DNA of 64,000 nt from Vicinamibacterales bacterium (GCA_965203525.1 OZ241898.1:1984176-2048175); one strand, 5' to 3'. Shown: positions 49,334-58,440, counted from the first letter of the stretch. Numbers and translations: made by a program. The notes: generated by a model from the sequence alone, not told the origin.

Positions 49334-50847
49334 CAGCCGCTCCTCGTGCCGCTGGCCGACGGCCCGCGTCCGCTTTCGGCCATGCGCAACGCGCCGAAGA
49401 GGGCCGACGCCTTGGCCCGCGTCTCTTCGTACTCGGCGGCCGGGTCCGAGTCGGCCACGATGCCCGCCCCGGCCTGCACCCACGCGCGCCCGTTGCGGAT
49501 CACGATCGTGCGGATCGTAATGCAGCAGTCGAGATGGCCGGCGAAGTCGAGGTAGCCGACCGCGCCGGCGTAGATGCCGCGCCGGGTCGGCTCCAGCTCG
49601 TCGATGATCTCCATCGCCCGGATCTTCGGGGCGCCGGACACGGTCCCCGCCGGGAAGCAGGCGGCGAGCGCGTCGATCCGGTCGCGCCCGTCGGCGAGCT
49701 CGCCGACGACCCGCGAGACCAGGTGCATCACGTGGGAGTACCGTTCGAGGGCCATGTATTGCGGCACGCGGACCGAACCGTAGGCCGAGACCCGCCCGAC
49801 GTCGTTCCGCCCGAGGTCGACCAGCATCACGTGCTCGGCCCGCTCCTTCTCGTCCGCCTGGAGCTCGGCGGCCAGCTCCGCGTCCGCCTCGGCGGTCGCG
49901 CCGCGCGGCCGGGTGCCGGCGATCGGGTGCGTTTCGACGTGCCGGTCCTCGACGCGGACCAGCATTTCCGGCGACGAACCGACGATCGACACGCCGCCCA
50001 GGCGGATGAAGTACATGTAGGGCGACGGGTTGACGTACCGCAGCGCGCGGTAAACGTTGAACGGATCGCCGCGGATCTCGGTCTCGAACCGCTGCGACAG
50101 CACGACCTGGAAGACGTCCCCGGCCGTGATGTGGTCCTTGGCGCGGCGCACGGCGCTTTCGAACGCCGCCCGGGTCGTGTTGGAGCGGAACGTGACGCCG
50201 CCCCCCGCGGCCGGCGGCGGCTCCGAGAGCTGGCGGCCGATCTCCGCCTCCAGGAAGCGGATCCGGGCCAGCGCGAGGTGGTAGCAGGCTTCGAGGTCGC
50301 AGCCCGGCTCCACCGCGGCGTTGGCGATGAGCAGGATGCGGTGCTTGACGTGGTCGAAGGCCAGGACGGTGTCGAACAGCATGAACGCCGCGTCGTCGCC
50401 TTCCTCGGCCGGTTTCGGGTGCGCCGCCCGCGCCCTTGCGAGCGTCGGCTCGAACCACGCGGCGGTGTCGTATCCCAGGAAGCCGACCGCGCCGCCCGCG
50501 AAACGCGGCAGGCCCGGCGCCCGCGGCGACCGGTGGCGCGCCAGCACCCCCCGCAGCGCGGCCAGGAACGGCTCGGCCAGTTCCTCCGTCCGGCCGCCCT
50601 GCTCGCGGATGGTCCTGCCCGCCGCCGACCGGAGCACGAGGAACGGATCCTTGCCGAGGAACGAGTAGCGCGCGAGGTGCTCGCCGCCGGCCACGCTCTC
50701 GAACAGAAAGGCGTGGTCCGCGTTTTCGGCCACCTTGAGGAACGCCGACACCGGCGTCAGCAGGTCCGCCAGCAGCTCGCGGCAGACCGGCACGAACGTC
50801 GCGTCGCGGGCCAGCGCGCGGAACTGGTCGAACGTCGTCGCGGTCAT
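49333..50847 (-). CDS. trpE: Anthranilate synthase component I
   Basis: Chorismate-binding core (GAPKIRAMEIIDELE, GIYAGAVGY) and the N-terminal LLESV-like regulatory motif FLFESVAGG. Confidence 0.95.
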
Positions 50848-52421
50848 CGTCTCCCCGGCGGCGCGTCCCGCGCTCCGGCGGCGCGGCGGCCTTCCTGCTC
50901 ACGCTCTCCGGAGGGTTCGTTTTCCTCCGGCGGCGCGTCCCGCGCTCCGGCGGCGCGGCGGCGGGCGTCTTCCGCCTGGCGCGCCAGCTCCTGCCCGGCC
51001 GCCTGCCGCAGCAGATCGGTGGCGGGCGTCTCGCCGGTCCACCACGCGAACTGGCGCACCGCCTGCGCCACCAGCATGTCGAGACCGCCTACGGCGCCGC
51101 AGCCGGCCCGCGCCGCGTCCGCCAGCAGGCGGGTCCGCGGCGGGTTGTACACCAGGTCATACACCAGGCGCCCGTCGAACCGCCCCTCCGGCAGGGGGCT
51201 GCGTTCGACGTCGGGCCACGTGCCGAGCGGCGTCGTGTTGACGAGCAGGTCCCAGGATCCGGGGCGCGGCGGCAGCGGCGCCGCCCGCGCCCCGGCGGCC
51301 ACCCGCGCCACCGCCGCCGCCTGCTCCGGACGCCGCGCGCAGACGGTCACCGCCGCGCCCGCGCCGCGCAGCGCGAACGCGGCGGCGCGGGCGGCCCCGC
51401 CGGCCCCGAGGACGGTCGCCCGGGCGCCGTCCAGGGCCAGACGGCCGGCCAGCGGCGCCAGCAGGCCGGGCACGTCGGTGTTGATGCCCTCCCAGGCGCC
51501 GGAATCGAGGCGGCGCAGGGTGTTCACCGCGCCGATCGCCCGGCTGGTGGCGTCCTGCCCGGCCACGTGCGCCGCGATCGCTTCCTTGAACGGCGCGGTC
51601 ACGCTGGCGCCCCGCAGCCCGACGGCGCGCGCGAAGGCGAGGAAGTCGTCCACGCCCGACGCTTCGAGCGGCAGGTAGACGGCGTCGACGCCGTGCGCCC
51701 GGAAACCGGCGTTGTGCATCGCCGGCGACAGCGAGTGGCCGACGGGCGCCCCCAGCACGCCGTAGACGGCGGTGGTGTCCGCGAGCTCGTGAAAGCGGAA
51801 CTGGCGCCGCATGCGGTCCGGGTCGATCTGCCCCGGCGCGACGCCTTCCCCCGCGTAGGTCCAGCACGATCCGAGGCGGCCGGCCAGCACGCGCGACGGA
51901 ATCCCCGCCGTCCCCATGCCGATCAGGACCCGCGGCTCCGCTCCGCTTCCGAGCGCCGCGACCCGCAGCGATTCCGTCAGGCTGCCGGCGGCGGCGGCGA
52001 TCTTCACCACCTCGGCCCCGGTGGCCCGCATCGCCCGGTAGCGCGCCTCCAGGTCCGCCGGCAGGCCGTCGAACGCATGGAACGACAGGACCACCCCGCG
52101 TCCCGCGCGGGCCGCGAGCAGCTCGTCCGCGAATGCGGCCCGCTGCTCCACGTCTACGTACTCGGCGCCGAGGCGGCAGGCGTCCAGCAGGATCCGCCGG
52201 CGCTCTTCCTCGCCGCCCGCGAACGCGCCGCCCTCCCACGCCGGCCGGCAGGTGACGACCGCCGGCCGGCGCCGGCCCGCCAGCGCGCCGGCGACGTCGG
52301 GACGATCGACCGGGTCGAGACGCAGCTCCACCAGGTCGGCGTCCGCCTGCGCGTCGCGCCGGGCGCGCAGCTCGGCCGTCGTGGCCCCGGTCACGGTGGC
52401 GCACAGTCGCGCACGCGGCAT
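50844..52421 (-). CDS. aroDE: Bifunctional 3-dehydroquinate dehydratase (type I) / shikimate 5-dehydrogenase
   Basis: The N-terminal half resembles AroD type I (LVELRLD...VVTCR...EYVDVE...K in VVKIA). The C-terminal half resembles AroE (GHSLSPAMHNAGF, ASVTAPFK, VLGAGGAARAAAFAL). The low-complexity tail contains a 36-bp direct repeat. Confidence 0.85.
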   Translation of the reverse strand: MPRARLCATVTGATTAELRARRDAQADADLVELRLDPVDRPDVAGALAGRRRPAVVTCRPAWEGGAFAGGEEERRRILLDACRLGAEYVDVEQRAAFADELLAARAGRGVVLSFHAFDGLPADLEARYRAMRATGAEVVKIAAAAGSLTESLRVAALGSGAEPRVLIGMGTAGIPSRVLAGRLGSCWTYAGEGVAPGQIDPDRMRRQFRFHELADTTAVYGVLGAPVGHSLSPAMHNAGFRAHGVDAVYLPLEASGVDDFLAFARAVGLRGASVTAPFKEAIAAHVAGQDATSRAIGAVNTLRRLDSGAWEGINTDVPGLLAPLAGRLALDGARATVLGAGGAARAAAFALRGAGAAVTVCARRPEQAAAVARVAAGARAAPLPPRPGSWDLLVNTTPLGTWPDVERSPLPEGRFDGRLVYDLVYNPPRTRLLADAARAGCGAVGGLDMLVAQAVRQFAWWTGETPATDLLRQAAGQELARQAEDARRRAAGARDAPPEENEPSGEREQEGRRAAGARDAPPGRR

Positions 52422-52431
52422 GGTGTATTCC

Positions 52432-52457
52432 GCATCGCCGGCGACACCCGGCGATGC
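52432..52457 (-). promoter_or_regulatory. Perfect 10-bp-stem hairpin 10 nt upstream of the aroDE ATG
   Basis: Minus strand: GCATCGCCGG gtgtcg CCGGCGATGC. Confidence 0.5.
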
Positions 52458-52462
52458 ATACG

Positions 52463-52497
52463 AAAAAAGCCTCTCCAACCCGGCGGCTGAAGAGGCT
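52463..52497 (-). terminator. Intrinsic terminator (13-bp stem, GCCG loop, T6), candidate attenuator of the aro/trp operon
   Basis: Minus strand: AGCCTCTTCAGCC gccg GGTTGGAGAGGCT TTTTT (11 Watson-Crick plus 2 G-U pairs). It ends 42 nt before the aroDE ATG. Confidence 0.65.
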
Positions 52498-52524
52498 GTC
52501 GCGTCGTCCGTTTCCGCTGCTTTC

Positions 52525-52647
52525 TCAGGCGTGGACGACAGCCCCTCCGGCGGACGCGACGAACCACCAGCGCCGCCGCTCCGCGCCCGCGGCGCCGAAC
52601 CGCCCCGCCGCGTCCGGCCCGCGGAACCTGCTCACCGCACCCGGCAT
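52525..52647 (-). CDS. Candidate trp leader peptide (40 codons, tandem Trp at codons 27-28)
   Basis: ATG 52647 encodes MPGAVSRFRGPDAAGRFGAAGAERRRWWFVASAGGAVVHA*. Codons 34-38 (52548-52536) are complementary to 52501-52489, which overlaps the 5' arm of the terminator. Confidence 0.4.
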   Translation of the reverse strand: MPGAVSRFRGPDAAGRFGAAGAERRRWWFVASAGGAVVHA

Positions 52648-52663
52648 GCCGTCCACCGGAGAC

Positions 52664-52672
52664 ACTATAGCA
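52664..52672 (-). promoter_or_regulatory. Candidate extended -10 element TGcTATAGT upstream of the leader ORF
   Basis: Minus strand TGCTATAGT at 52672-52664, 17 nt before the leader ATG. It is the same TGCTATA(C/G)T form as upstream of rnj. No -35 is visible. Confidence 0.25.
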
Positions 52673-52697
52673 GACGGCCCGCGAATCCGCCCGCATC

Positions 52698-54051
52698 TCA
52701 TGCAGCAGGGGTCGGCGTCCGGCGAGGTCCGCGCGCGCACGTGTCCGGGCGCAGCCGCAGGTGTTCGAGGATCGCCTCGGCGGCCCACTGGTGGCCGGCG
52801 GGGGTCCAATGAACGTCGTGCCGCCAGTGCGCGTCCCGGACCCGTCCGCCCCGGCGCACGATGTGGTCGTACAGACTGACGACCGGAATCCGGAGCTCGC
52901 CGGCGATGGCGCGCAGCCTGTCGAACAACGGCTCTCCCGGCCGCAGATGGTGGGTGGCCAGGATGACCAGCGACGCGCCGTCCCGGTCCGCGCGGCGCCG
53001 GAACTGGTCCAGGGCGAAGGCCGTGTACTCCAGTTCCGCCGCGTACGGCGGCGGCAATCGCTCGGCCGCGAACAACTCGTGCAGATGGAAGCGCACCCCC
53101 ACCAGCCCCGCGCGTCGCGCGATCGCGTCGAGCAACGGCTCGTCGGGATGCTTCTTCCGCAGCACGCCCGCCCAGGCGAACATCTGCGGCGTGACTCCCA
53201 GCGGCGTCCGCGCGCGCGCCTGGGCGTCCAGCCACCCCCCGAGGTACGACCACCGAGCCGCGCGCCGCGTCACGGCATGTACGTACCGCATGGACCGCAT
53301 GCTCCCGAGCGGATGCCAGAATTCCAGGTCGCCGCGGCGGCGGCGGAGCGAGTCGCCGTCCTCGTAGTCCGGGTTCGGCGGACGCAGGCGCAACGCGCCG
53401 TCGGCGGCCCGCTCGGCCGTCATCACCGGCAGACGATCCGGATCGCGAAGGGTCTGCAGCGCGGTCAGGAGCGGTGAATTTTCAAAGTAGTCGTTCGAGT
53501 GGAAGACGAGCACGATCAGCCCGGGCACCCGCTCGCGGGCGAACTCGTCGTACCAGGCCAGTTGGTTGATCTGGCCGGTGCCGCCTCGTCCGAACGCGGA
53601 CGTCGTGACGTGCAGGCCGCCCGGCCGCCGCGCTGCGAGGGCCTCCAGCCGCACGTGCAGCTTGTCGGCGACCGGCACCTGTCTCGCCGCCACGAAGGAG
53701 TCGCCGATCACCGAGACGTGGCAGTCGGCCGCGGCGGGCTCCGCGCGCGGAGGTTCGCGGTCGAGGAATCCCTGGCTGTTGAATCGGGAAATCTGCCAGT
53801 AGTCGAGCCGGTTCGTGTCCCGCACCTCCGCGCCCGGCTTGCCGACGAGCCCGACGCCGGGAACGAATGCGCGGGGGAACGCTCGAGGTCATGAACGGCA
53901 CGGTGCTCCGCAACCAGAGCTCTCCCGCCGCCGCGAGCAGCATCAGGCCGGCGGCGAGCAGCGCCGCGTTCCAGCCCGCCACGCGCAACGCCCGGCGGAC
54001 GCGGCGTCCCCCCCCCCCCCCCGGAGGGGAGCCGTCCTGCCTCTTGCACAT
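52698..54051 (-). pseudogene. SGNH/AlgX-like hydrolase paralog 1, frameshifted (one extra G/C at 53873-53877)
   Basis: The N-terminal 58 codons (MCKRQDGSPPGGGGGRRVRRALRVAGWNAALLAAGL...FMTSSVP, from ATG 54051) are in one frame. The body (from ...TNRLDYWQISRFN, 53825 down to 52698) is in another. The other four copies have gcgcgggga where this one has gcgcggggga. Confidence 0.7.
54008..54022. repeat. Homopolymeric tract C15 (G15 on the coding strand) in the 5' coding region of paralog 1
   Basis: Counted directly: 15 consecutive C at 54008-54022. It encodes PGGGGG between ATG 54051 and the TM anchor. Confidence 0.95.
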
Positions 54052-55481
54052 TACCGCTCCGCGCGCGCGACGCCGAACCGCCCCGCCGCGTCCGACCCGC
54101 GGAACCCGCTCATCGCACCCGGCCTGCCGTCCGCCGGAGACACCTGTAGCAGGCGGCCCGCGGAGCCGCCCGCACCTCGTGCAGCAGGGGTCGTCCGGCG
54201 AGGGCCGCGCGCGCACGTGTCCGGGTGCCGCCGCAGATGTTCGAGGATCGCCTCGGCGGCCCACTCGTGGCCGGCGGGGGTCCAATGAACGTCGTGCCGC
54301 CAGTGCGCGTTCCGGACCCGTCCGCCCCGGCGCACGATGTGGTCGTACTGACTGACGACCGGAATCCGGAGCTCGCCGGCGATGGCGCGCAGCCTGTCGA
54401 ACAACGGCTCTCCCGGCCGCAGATGGTGGGTGGCCAGGATGACCAGCGACGCGCCGTCCCGGTCCGCGCGGCGCCGGAACTGGTCCAGGGCGAAGGCCGT
54501 GTACTCCAGTTCCGCCGCGTACGGCGGCGGCAATCGCTCGGCCGCGAACAGATCTCGCATATGGCGCACGCCCGCCGGCCACTCGCGTCGCGCGATCGCG
54601 TCGAGCAGCGGCTCGTCGGGATGCTTCTTCCGCAGCACGTCCGCCCAGGCGGACATCTGCGGCGTGATTCCCACCTCGGTTTTCACCCCGGACAACCAGG
54701 TGTCCAGCCACCGCGTCGCGTGCGTCTGGGCGTTCAGCCACATCCCGAAGTACGTCCGCCGCGCCGCGCGCCGCACGGCACGCACGTACCGCGTGATCCG
54801 GGGCATGTGCCGGAATTCCAGGTCGCCGCGGCAGCGGCGGAGCGAGCCGCCGCACTCGTAGTCCGGGTTCGGCGGACGCAGGCGCAACGCGCCGTCCGCG
54901 GCCCGCTCGGCCGTCATCACCGGCAGACGATCCGGATCGAGAAAGGCTCTCAGCGCGATCAGGAGCCTTGAATTGTCAAAGTAATCATTCCGGACGAAAA
55001 CCAGCACGATCAGCCTGGGGCGCCGCTCGCGGGCGAACTCGTCGTACCAGGCCAGTTGGTTGATCTGGCCGGTGCCGCCTAGTCCGAACGCGGACGTGGT
55101 GACGTGCAGGCTGCCCGGCCGCCGCGCCGCGAGGACCTCCAGCCGCACGTGCAGCTTGTCGGCGATCGGCACCTGTCTCGCCTCCACGAAGGAGTCGCCG
55201 ATCACCGTGACGTGGCAGGCATCCGCGGCGGGCTCGGCGCGCGGAGGTTCGCGGTCGAGGAATCCCTCGCGGTTGAATCGGGAAACCTGCCAGAAGTCGA
55301 GCCGGTTCGTGGCCTGCACCTCCGCGCCCGGCCTGCCGAGGAGCCCGACGCCGGGAACGAATGCGCGGGGAACGTTCGAGGTCATGAACGGTACGGTGCT
55401 CCGCAACCGGATCTCGCCCGCCACGGCGAGCAGCGCCAGGCCGGCGGCGAGCAGCACCGCGTTCCAGCCCGCCACGCGCAA
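54051..55481 (-). CDS. SGNH/AlgX-like hydrolase paralog 2 (membrane-anchored)
   Basis: TM anchor WNAVLLAAGLALLAVAG and SGNH blocks VIGDSFV, AFGLGGTG, LVFVRNDY, and RHDVHWTPAGH (DxHW-T-x-x-G, AlgX/AlgJ-like). As sequenced, only a TTG at 55481 starts the frame. The RBS-preceded ATG at 55551 is out of frame by 1 nt across the G15 tract. Confidence 0.75.
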   Translation of the reverse strand: MRVAGWNAVLLAAGLALLAVAGEIRLRSTVPFMTSNVPRAFVPGVGLLGRPGAEVQATNRLDFWQVSRFNREGFLDREPPRAEPAADACHVTVIGDSFVEARQVPIADKLHVRLEVLAARRPGSLHVTTSAFGLGGTGQINQLAWYDEFARERRPRLIVLVFVRNDYFDNSRLLIALRAFLDPDRLPVMTAERAADGALRLRPPNPDYECGGSLRRCRGDLEFRHMPRITRYVRAVRRAARRTYFGMWLNAQTHATRWLDTWLSGVKTEVGITPQMSAWADVLRKKHPDEPLLDAIARREWPAGVRHMRDLFAAERLPPPYAAELEYTAFALDQFRRRADRDGASLVILATHHLRPGEPLFDRLRAIAGELRIPVVSQYDHIVRRGGRVRNAHWRHDVHWTPAGHEWAAEAILEHLRRHPDTCARGPRRTTPAARGAGGSAGRLLQVSPADGRPGAMSGFRGSDAAGRFGVARAER

Positions 55482-55499
55482 CGCCCGGCGGACGCGGCG

Positions 55500-55514
55500 C
55501 CCCCCCCCCCCCCC
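55500..55514. repeat. Homopolymeric tract C15 (G15 on the coding strand) between ATG 55551 and the body of paralog 2
   Basis: Counted directly: 15 consecutive C at 55500-55514. A 14-nt or 17-nt tract would put ATG 55551 in frame. Confidence 0.95.
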
Positions 55515-55559
55515 GGAGGGAAGCCGTCGAAGCCGTCCTGCCTCTTGCCATCCGTATCC

Positions 55560-57050
55560 TCACCGCTCCGCGCCCGCGACGCCGAACCGCCCCGCCGCGG
55601 CCGGCCCGCGGAACCCGCTCATCGCACCCGGCCTGCCGTCCGCCGGAGACACCTGTAGCAGGCGGCCCCCGGAGCCGCCCGCACCTCGTGCAGCAGGGGT
55701 CGTCCGGCGAGGGCCGCGCGCGCACGTGTCCGGGTGCCGTCGCAGGTGTTCGAGGATCGCCTCGGCGGCCCACTGGTGGCCGGCGGGGGTCCAGTGATCG
55801 TCGTGCCGCCAGTGCGCGTCCCGGACCCGTCCGCCCCGGCGCACGACGTGGTCGTACAGACTGACGACCGGAATCCGGAGCTCGTCGGTGATGGCGCGCA
55901 GCCTGTCGAACAACGGCTCTCCCGGCCGCAGATGGTGGGTGGCCAGGATGACCAGCGACGCGCCGTCCCGGTCCGCGCGGCGCCGGAACTGGTCCAGGGC
56001 GAAGGCCGTGTACTCCAGTTCCGCCGCGTACGGCGGCGGCAATCGCTCGGCCGCGAACAACTCGTGCAGATGGAAGCGCACCCCCACCAGCCCCGCGCGT
56101 CGCGCGATCGCGTCGAGCAACGGCTCGTCGGGATGCTTCTTCCGCAGCACGCCCGCCCAGGCGAACATCTGCGGCGTGATTCCCAGCGGTGCCAGACTGC
56201 GCGCCTGGGCGTTCAGCCACTCCCCGAGGTACGACCACCGAGCCGCGCGCCCCGTCACGGCATGTGCGTACCGCATGGACCGCATGCTCCCGAGCGGATG
56301 CCAGAATTCCAGGTCGCCGCGGCGGCGGCGGAGCGAGCCGCGATCCTCGTAGTCCGGGTTCGGCGGACGCAGGCGCAACGCGCCGTCGGCGGCCCGCTCG
56401 GCCGTCATCATCGGCAGCCGATCCGGATCGCGAAGGGTCCGTAGCGCGGTCAGGAGCGGTGAATTGTTCATGTAGTCGTTCTGGACGAAGACGAGCACGA
56501 TCAGCCCGGGCGCCCGCTTGCGGGCGAACTCGTCGTAGTAGGCCAATTGAGCGAGCTGGCCGGTGCCGCCTCGTCCGAACGCGGACGTCGTCATGTTCAG
56601 GCTGCCCAGCCGCCGCGCCGCGAGGACCTCCAGCCGCACGTGCAGCTTGTCGGCGATCGGCACTTGTACCGCTTCCACGAAGGAGTCGCCGATCACCGTG
56701 ACGTGGCAGCCGGTCGCGGCGGGCTCCGTGCGCGGAGGTTCGCGGTCGAGGAATCCCTCGCGGTTGAATCGGGAAACCTGCCAGAAGTCGAGCCGGTTCG
56801 TGGCCTGCACCTCCGCGCCCGGCCTGCCGAGGAGCCCGACGCCGGGAACGAATGCGCGGGGAGCGCTCGCGGTCATGAACGGCACGGTGCTCCGCAACCG
56901 GAGCTCTCCCGCCACGGCGAGCAACGCCAAGCCGGCGGCGATCAGCGCCGCGTTCCAGCCCGCCACGCGCAACGCCCGGCGGACGCGGCGGCGACGACCG
57001 CGCGGCGCACGCACCGGGTGTCGGACGTCCCGGTCACCCATCCGCCGCAT
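55560..57050 (-). CDS. SGNH/AlgX-like hydrolase paralog 3
   Basis: 496 aa starting MRRMGDRDV...RRRRVRRALRVAGWNAALIAAGLALL, with the same SGNH blocks. There is no homopolymer; RGRRRR replaces the G-tract. Confidence 0.85.
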   Translation of the reverse strand: MRRMGDRDVRHPVRAPRGRRRRVRRALRVAGWNAALIAAGLALLAVAGELRLRSTVPFMTASAPRAFVPGVGLLGRPGAEVQATNRLDFWQVSRFNREGFLDREPPRTEPAATGCHVTVIGDSFVEAVQVPIADKLHVRLEVLAARRLGSLNMTTSAFGRGGTGQLAQLAYYDEFARKRAPGLIVLVFVQNDYMNNSPLLTALRTLRDPDRLPMMTAERAADGALRLRPPNPDYEDRGSLRRRRGDLEFWHPLGSMRSMRYAHAVTGRAARWSYLGEWLNAQARSLAPLGITPQMFAWAGVLRKKHPDEPLLDAIARRAGLVGVRFHLHELFAAERLPPPYAAELEYTAFALDQFRRRADRDGASLVILATHHLRPGEPLFDRLRAITDELRIPVVSLYDHVVRRGGRVRDAHWRHDDHWTPAGHQWAAEAILEHLRRHPDTCARGPRRTTPAARGAGGSGGRLLQVSPADGRPGAMSGFRGPAAAGRFGVAGAER

Positions 57051-58440
57051 GCTCCGGAACGGCGGCCACTCCGGTTGCCGCCTCTCGTGAAGCAGGGGGC
57101 GGCGGCCGGCGAGGGCCGCGCGCGCACACGTCCGGGCACCGCCGCAGATGTTCGAGGATCGCCTCGGCGGCCCACTCGTGGCCGGCGGGGGTCCAGTGCG
57201 GGTCGTGCCGCCAGTGCGCGTCCCGGACTCGTCCGCCCCGGCGCGCGATGTGGTCGTACTGACTGACGACCGGAATCCGGAGCTTGCCGGCGATGGCGCG
57301 CAGCCTGTCGAACGACGGCTCTCCCGGCCGCAGATGGTGGATGGCCAGAATGACCAGCGACGCGCCGTCCCGGTCCGCGCGGCGCCGGAACTGGTCCAGG
57401 GCGAAGGCCGTGTATTCCAGTTCGGCCGCGTACGGCGGCGGCAGCGGATCGGCCGCGAACAGATCGTTCAAAAAGCGCGTTCCCGCCGGCCACTCGCGTC
57501 GCGCGAACGCGCCGAGCAACGGCTCGTCGGGATGCTTCTTCCGCAGCACGTCCGCCCAGGCGAGCCTGTCCGGCGTGGCTTCCGGCGGCGTCAGCACGTC
57601 CGCATGGGCGTCCAGCCACCCCCCGAGGTACGACCACCGAGCCGCGCGCCTCGTCGTGGCACGCACGTACCGCATGAAGCTGGGAGGGTACCAGGCTCCC
57701 AGGTCGCCGCGGCGGCGACGGATCGACTCTTGGTCCTCGTACTCAGGGTTCGGCGGACGCAGGCGCAACGCGCCGTCCGCGGCCCGCTCGGCCGTCATCA
57801 CCGGCAGACGATTCGGGTCGCGAAGGGAACTCAGCGCGATCAGGAGCCTTGAATTTTCAAAGTAATCATTCCGGGCGAAGACCAGCACGATCAGTCCGGG
57901 CGCCCGCTTGCGGGCGAACTCGTCATAGTAGGCCAGTTGATTGATCTGGCCGGTGCCGCCTCGTCCGAACGCGGACGTCGTGACGTGCAGGCCGCCCGGC
58001 CGCCGCGCCGCGAGGACCTCCAGCCGCACGTGCAGCTTGTCGGCGAGCGGCACTTCCCGCGCTTCCACGAAGGAGTCGCCGATCACCGTGACGTGGCAGG
58101 CGTCCGCGGCGGGCTCGGCGCGCGGAGGTTCGCGGTCGAGGAATCCCTGGCGGTTGAATCGGGAAACCTGCCAGAAGTCGAGCCGGTTCGTGGCCCGCAC
58201 CTCCGCGCCCGGCCTGCCGAGGATCCCGACGCCGGGAACGAATGCGCGGGGAATGCTCGAGGTCATGAACGGTACGGCGCTCCGCAACCAGAGCTCTCCC
58301 GCCGCCGCGAGCAGCGCCAGGCCGGCGGCGGTCAGCGCCGCGTTCCAGCCCGCCACGCGCAACGCCCGGCGGACGCGGCGGCGACGGCCGCGCGGCGCAC
58401 GTGCCGGGCGGCGGACATCCCCGTCACCCATCCGCCGCAT
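57034..58440 (-). CDS. SGNH/AlgX-like hydrolase paralog 4
   Basis: 468 aa. The stop overlaps the paralog 3 start by 17 nt. It has the same blocks (VIGDSFV, AFGRGGTG, VFARNDY, RHDPHWTPAGH). Confidence 0.85.
   Translation of the reverse strand: MRRMGDGDVRRPARAPRGRRRRVRRALRVAGWNAALTAAGLALLAAAGELWLRSAVPFMTSSIPRAFVPGVGILGRPGAEVRATNRLDFWQVSRFNRQGFLDREPPRAEPAADACHVTVIGDSFVEAREVPLADKLHVRLEVLAARRPGGLHVTTSAFGRGGTGQINQLAYYDEFARKRAPGLIVLVFARNDYFENSRLLIALSSLRDPNRLPVMTAERAADGALRLRPPNPEYEDQESIRRRRGDLGAWYPPSFMRYVRATTRRAARWSYLGGWLDAHADVLTPPEATPDRLAWADVLRKKHPDEPLLGAFARREWPAGTRFLNDLFAADPLPPPYAAELEYTAFALDQFRRRADRDGASLVILAIHHLRPGEPSFDRLRAIAGKLRIPVVSQYDHIARRGGRVRDAHWRHDPHWTPAGHEWAAEAILEHLRRCPDVCARGPRRPPPPASREAATGVAAVPEHAADG

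Noticed and set aside
52525-53253. 242-aa minus-strand ORF whose C-terminus is the proposed trp leader peptide
   Set aside because: The upstream 200 codons overlap SGNH paralog 1 out of frame and are Arg/Ala/Gly low-complexity. Only the distal 40 codons, from ATG 52647 downstream of the paralog 1 stop, are considered as a possible leader.
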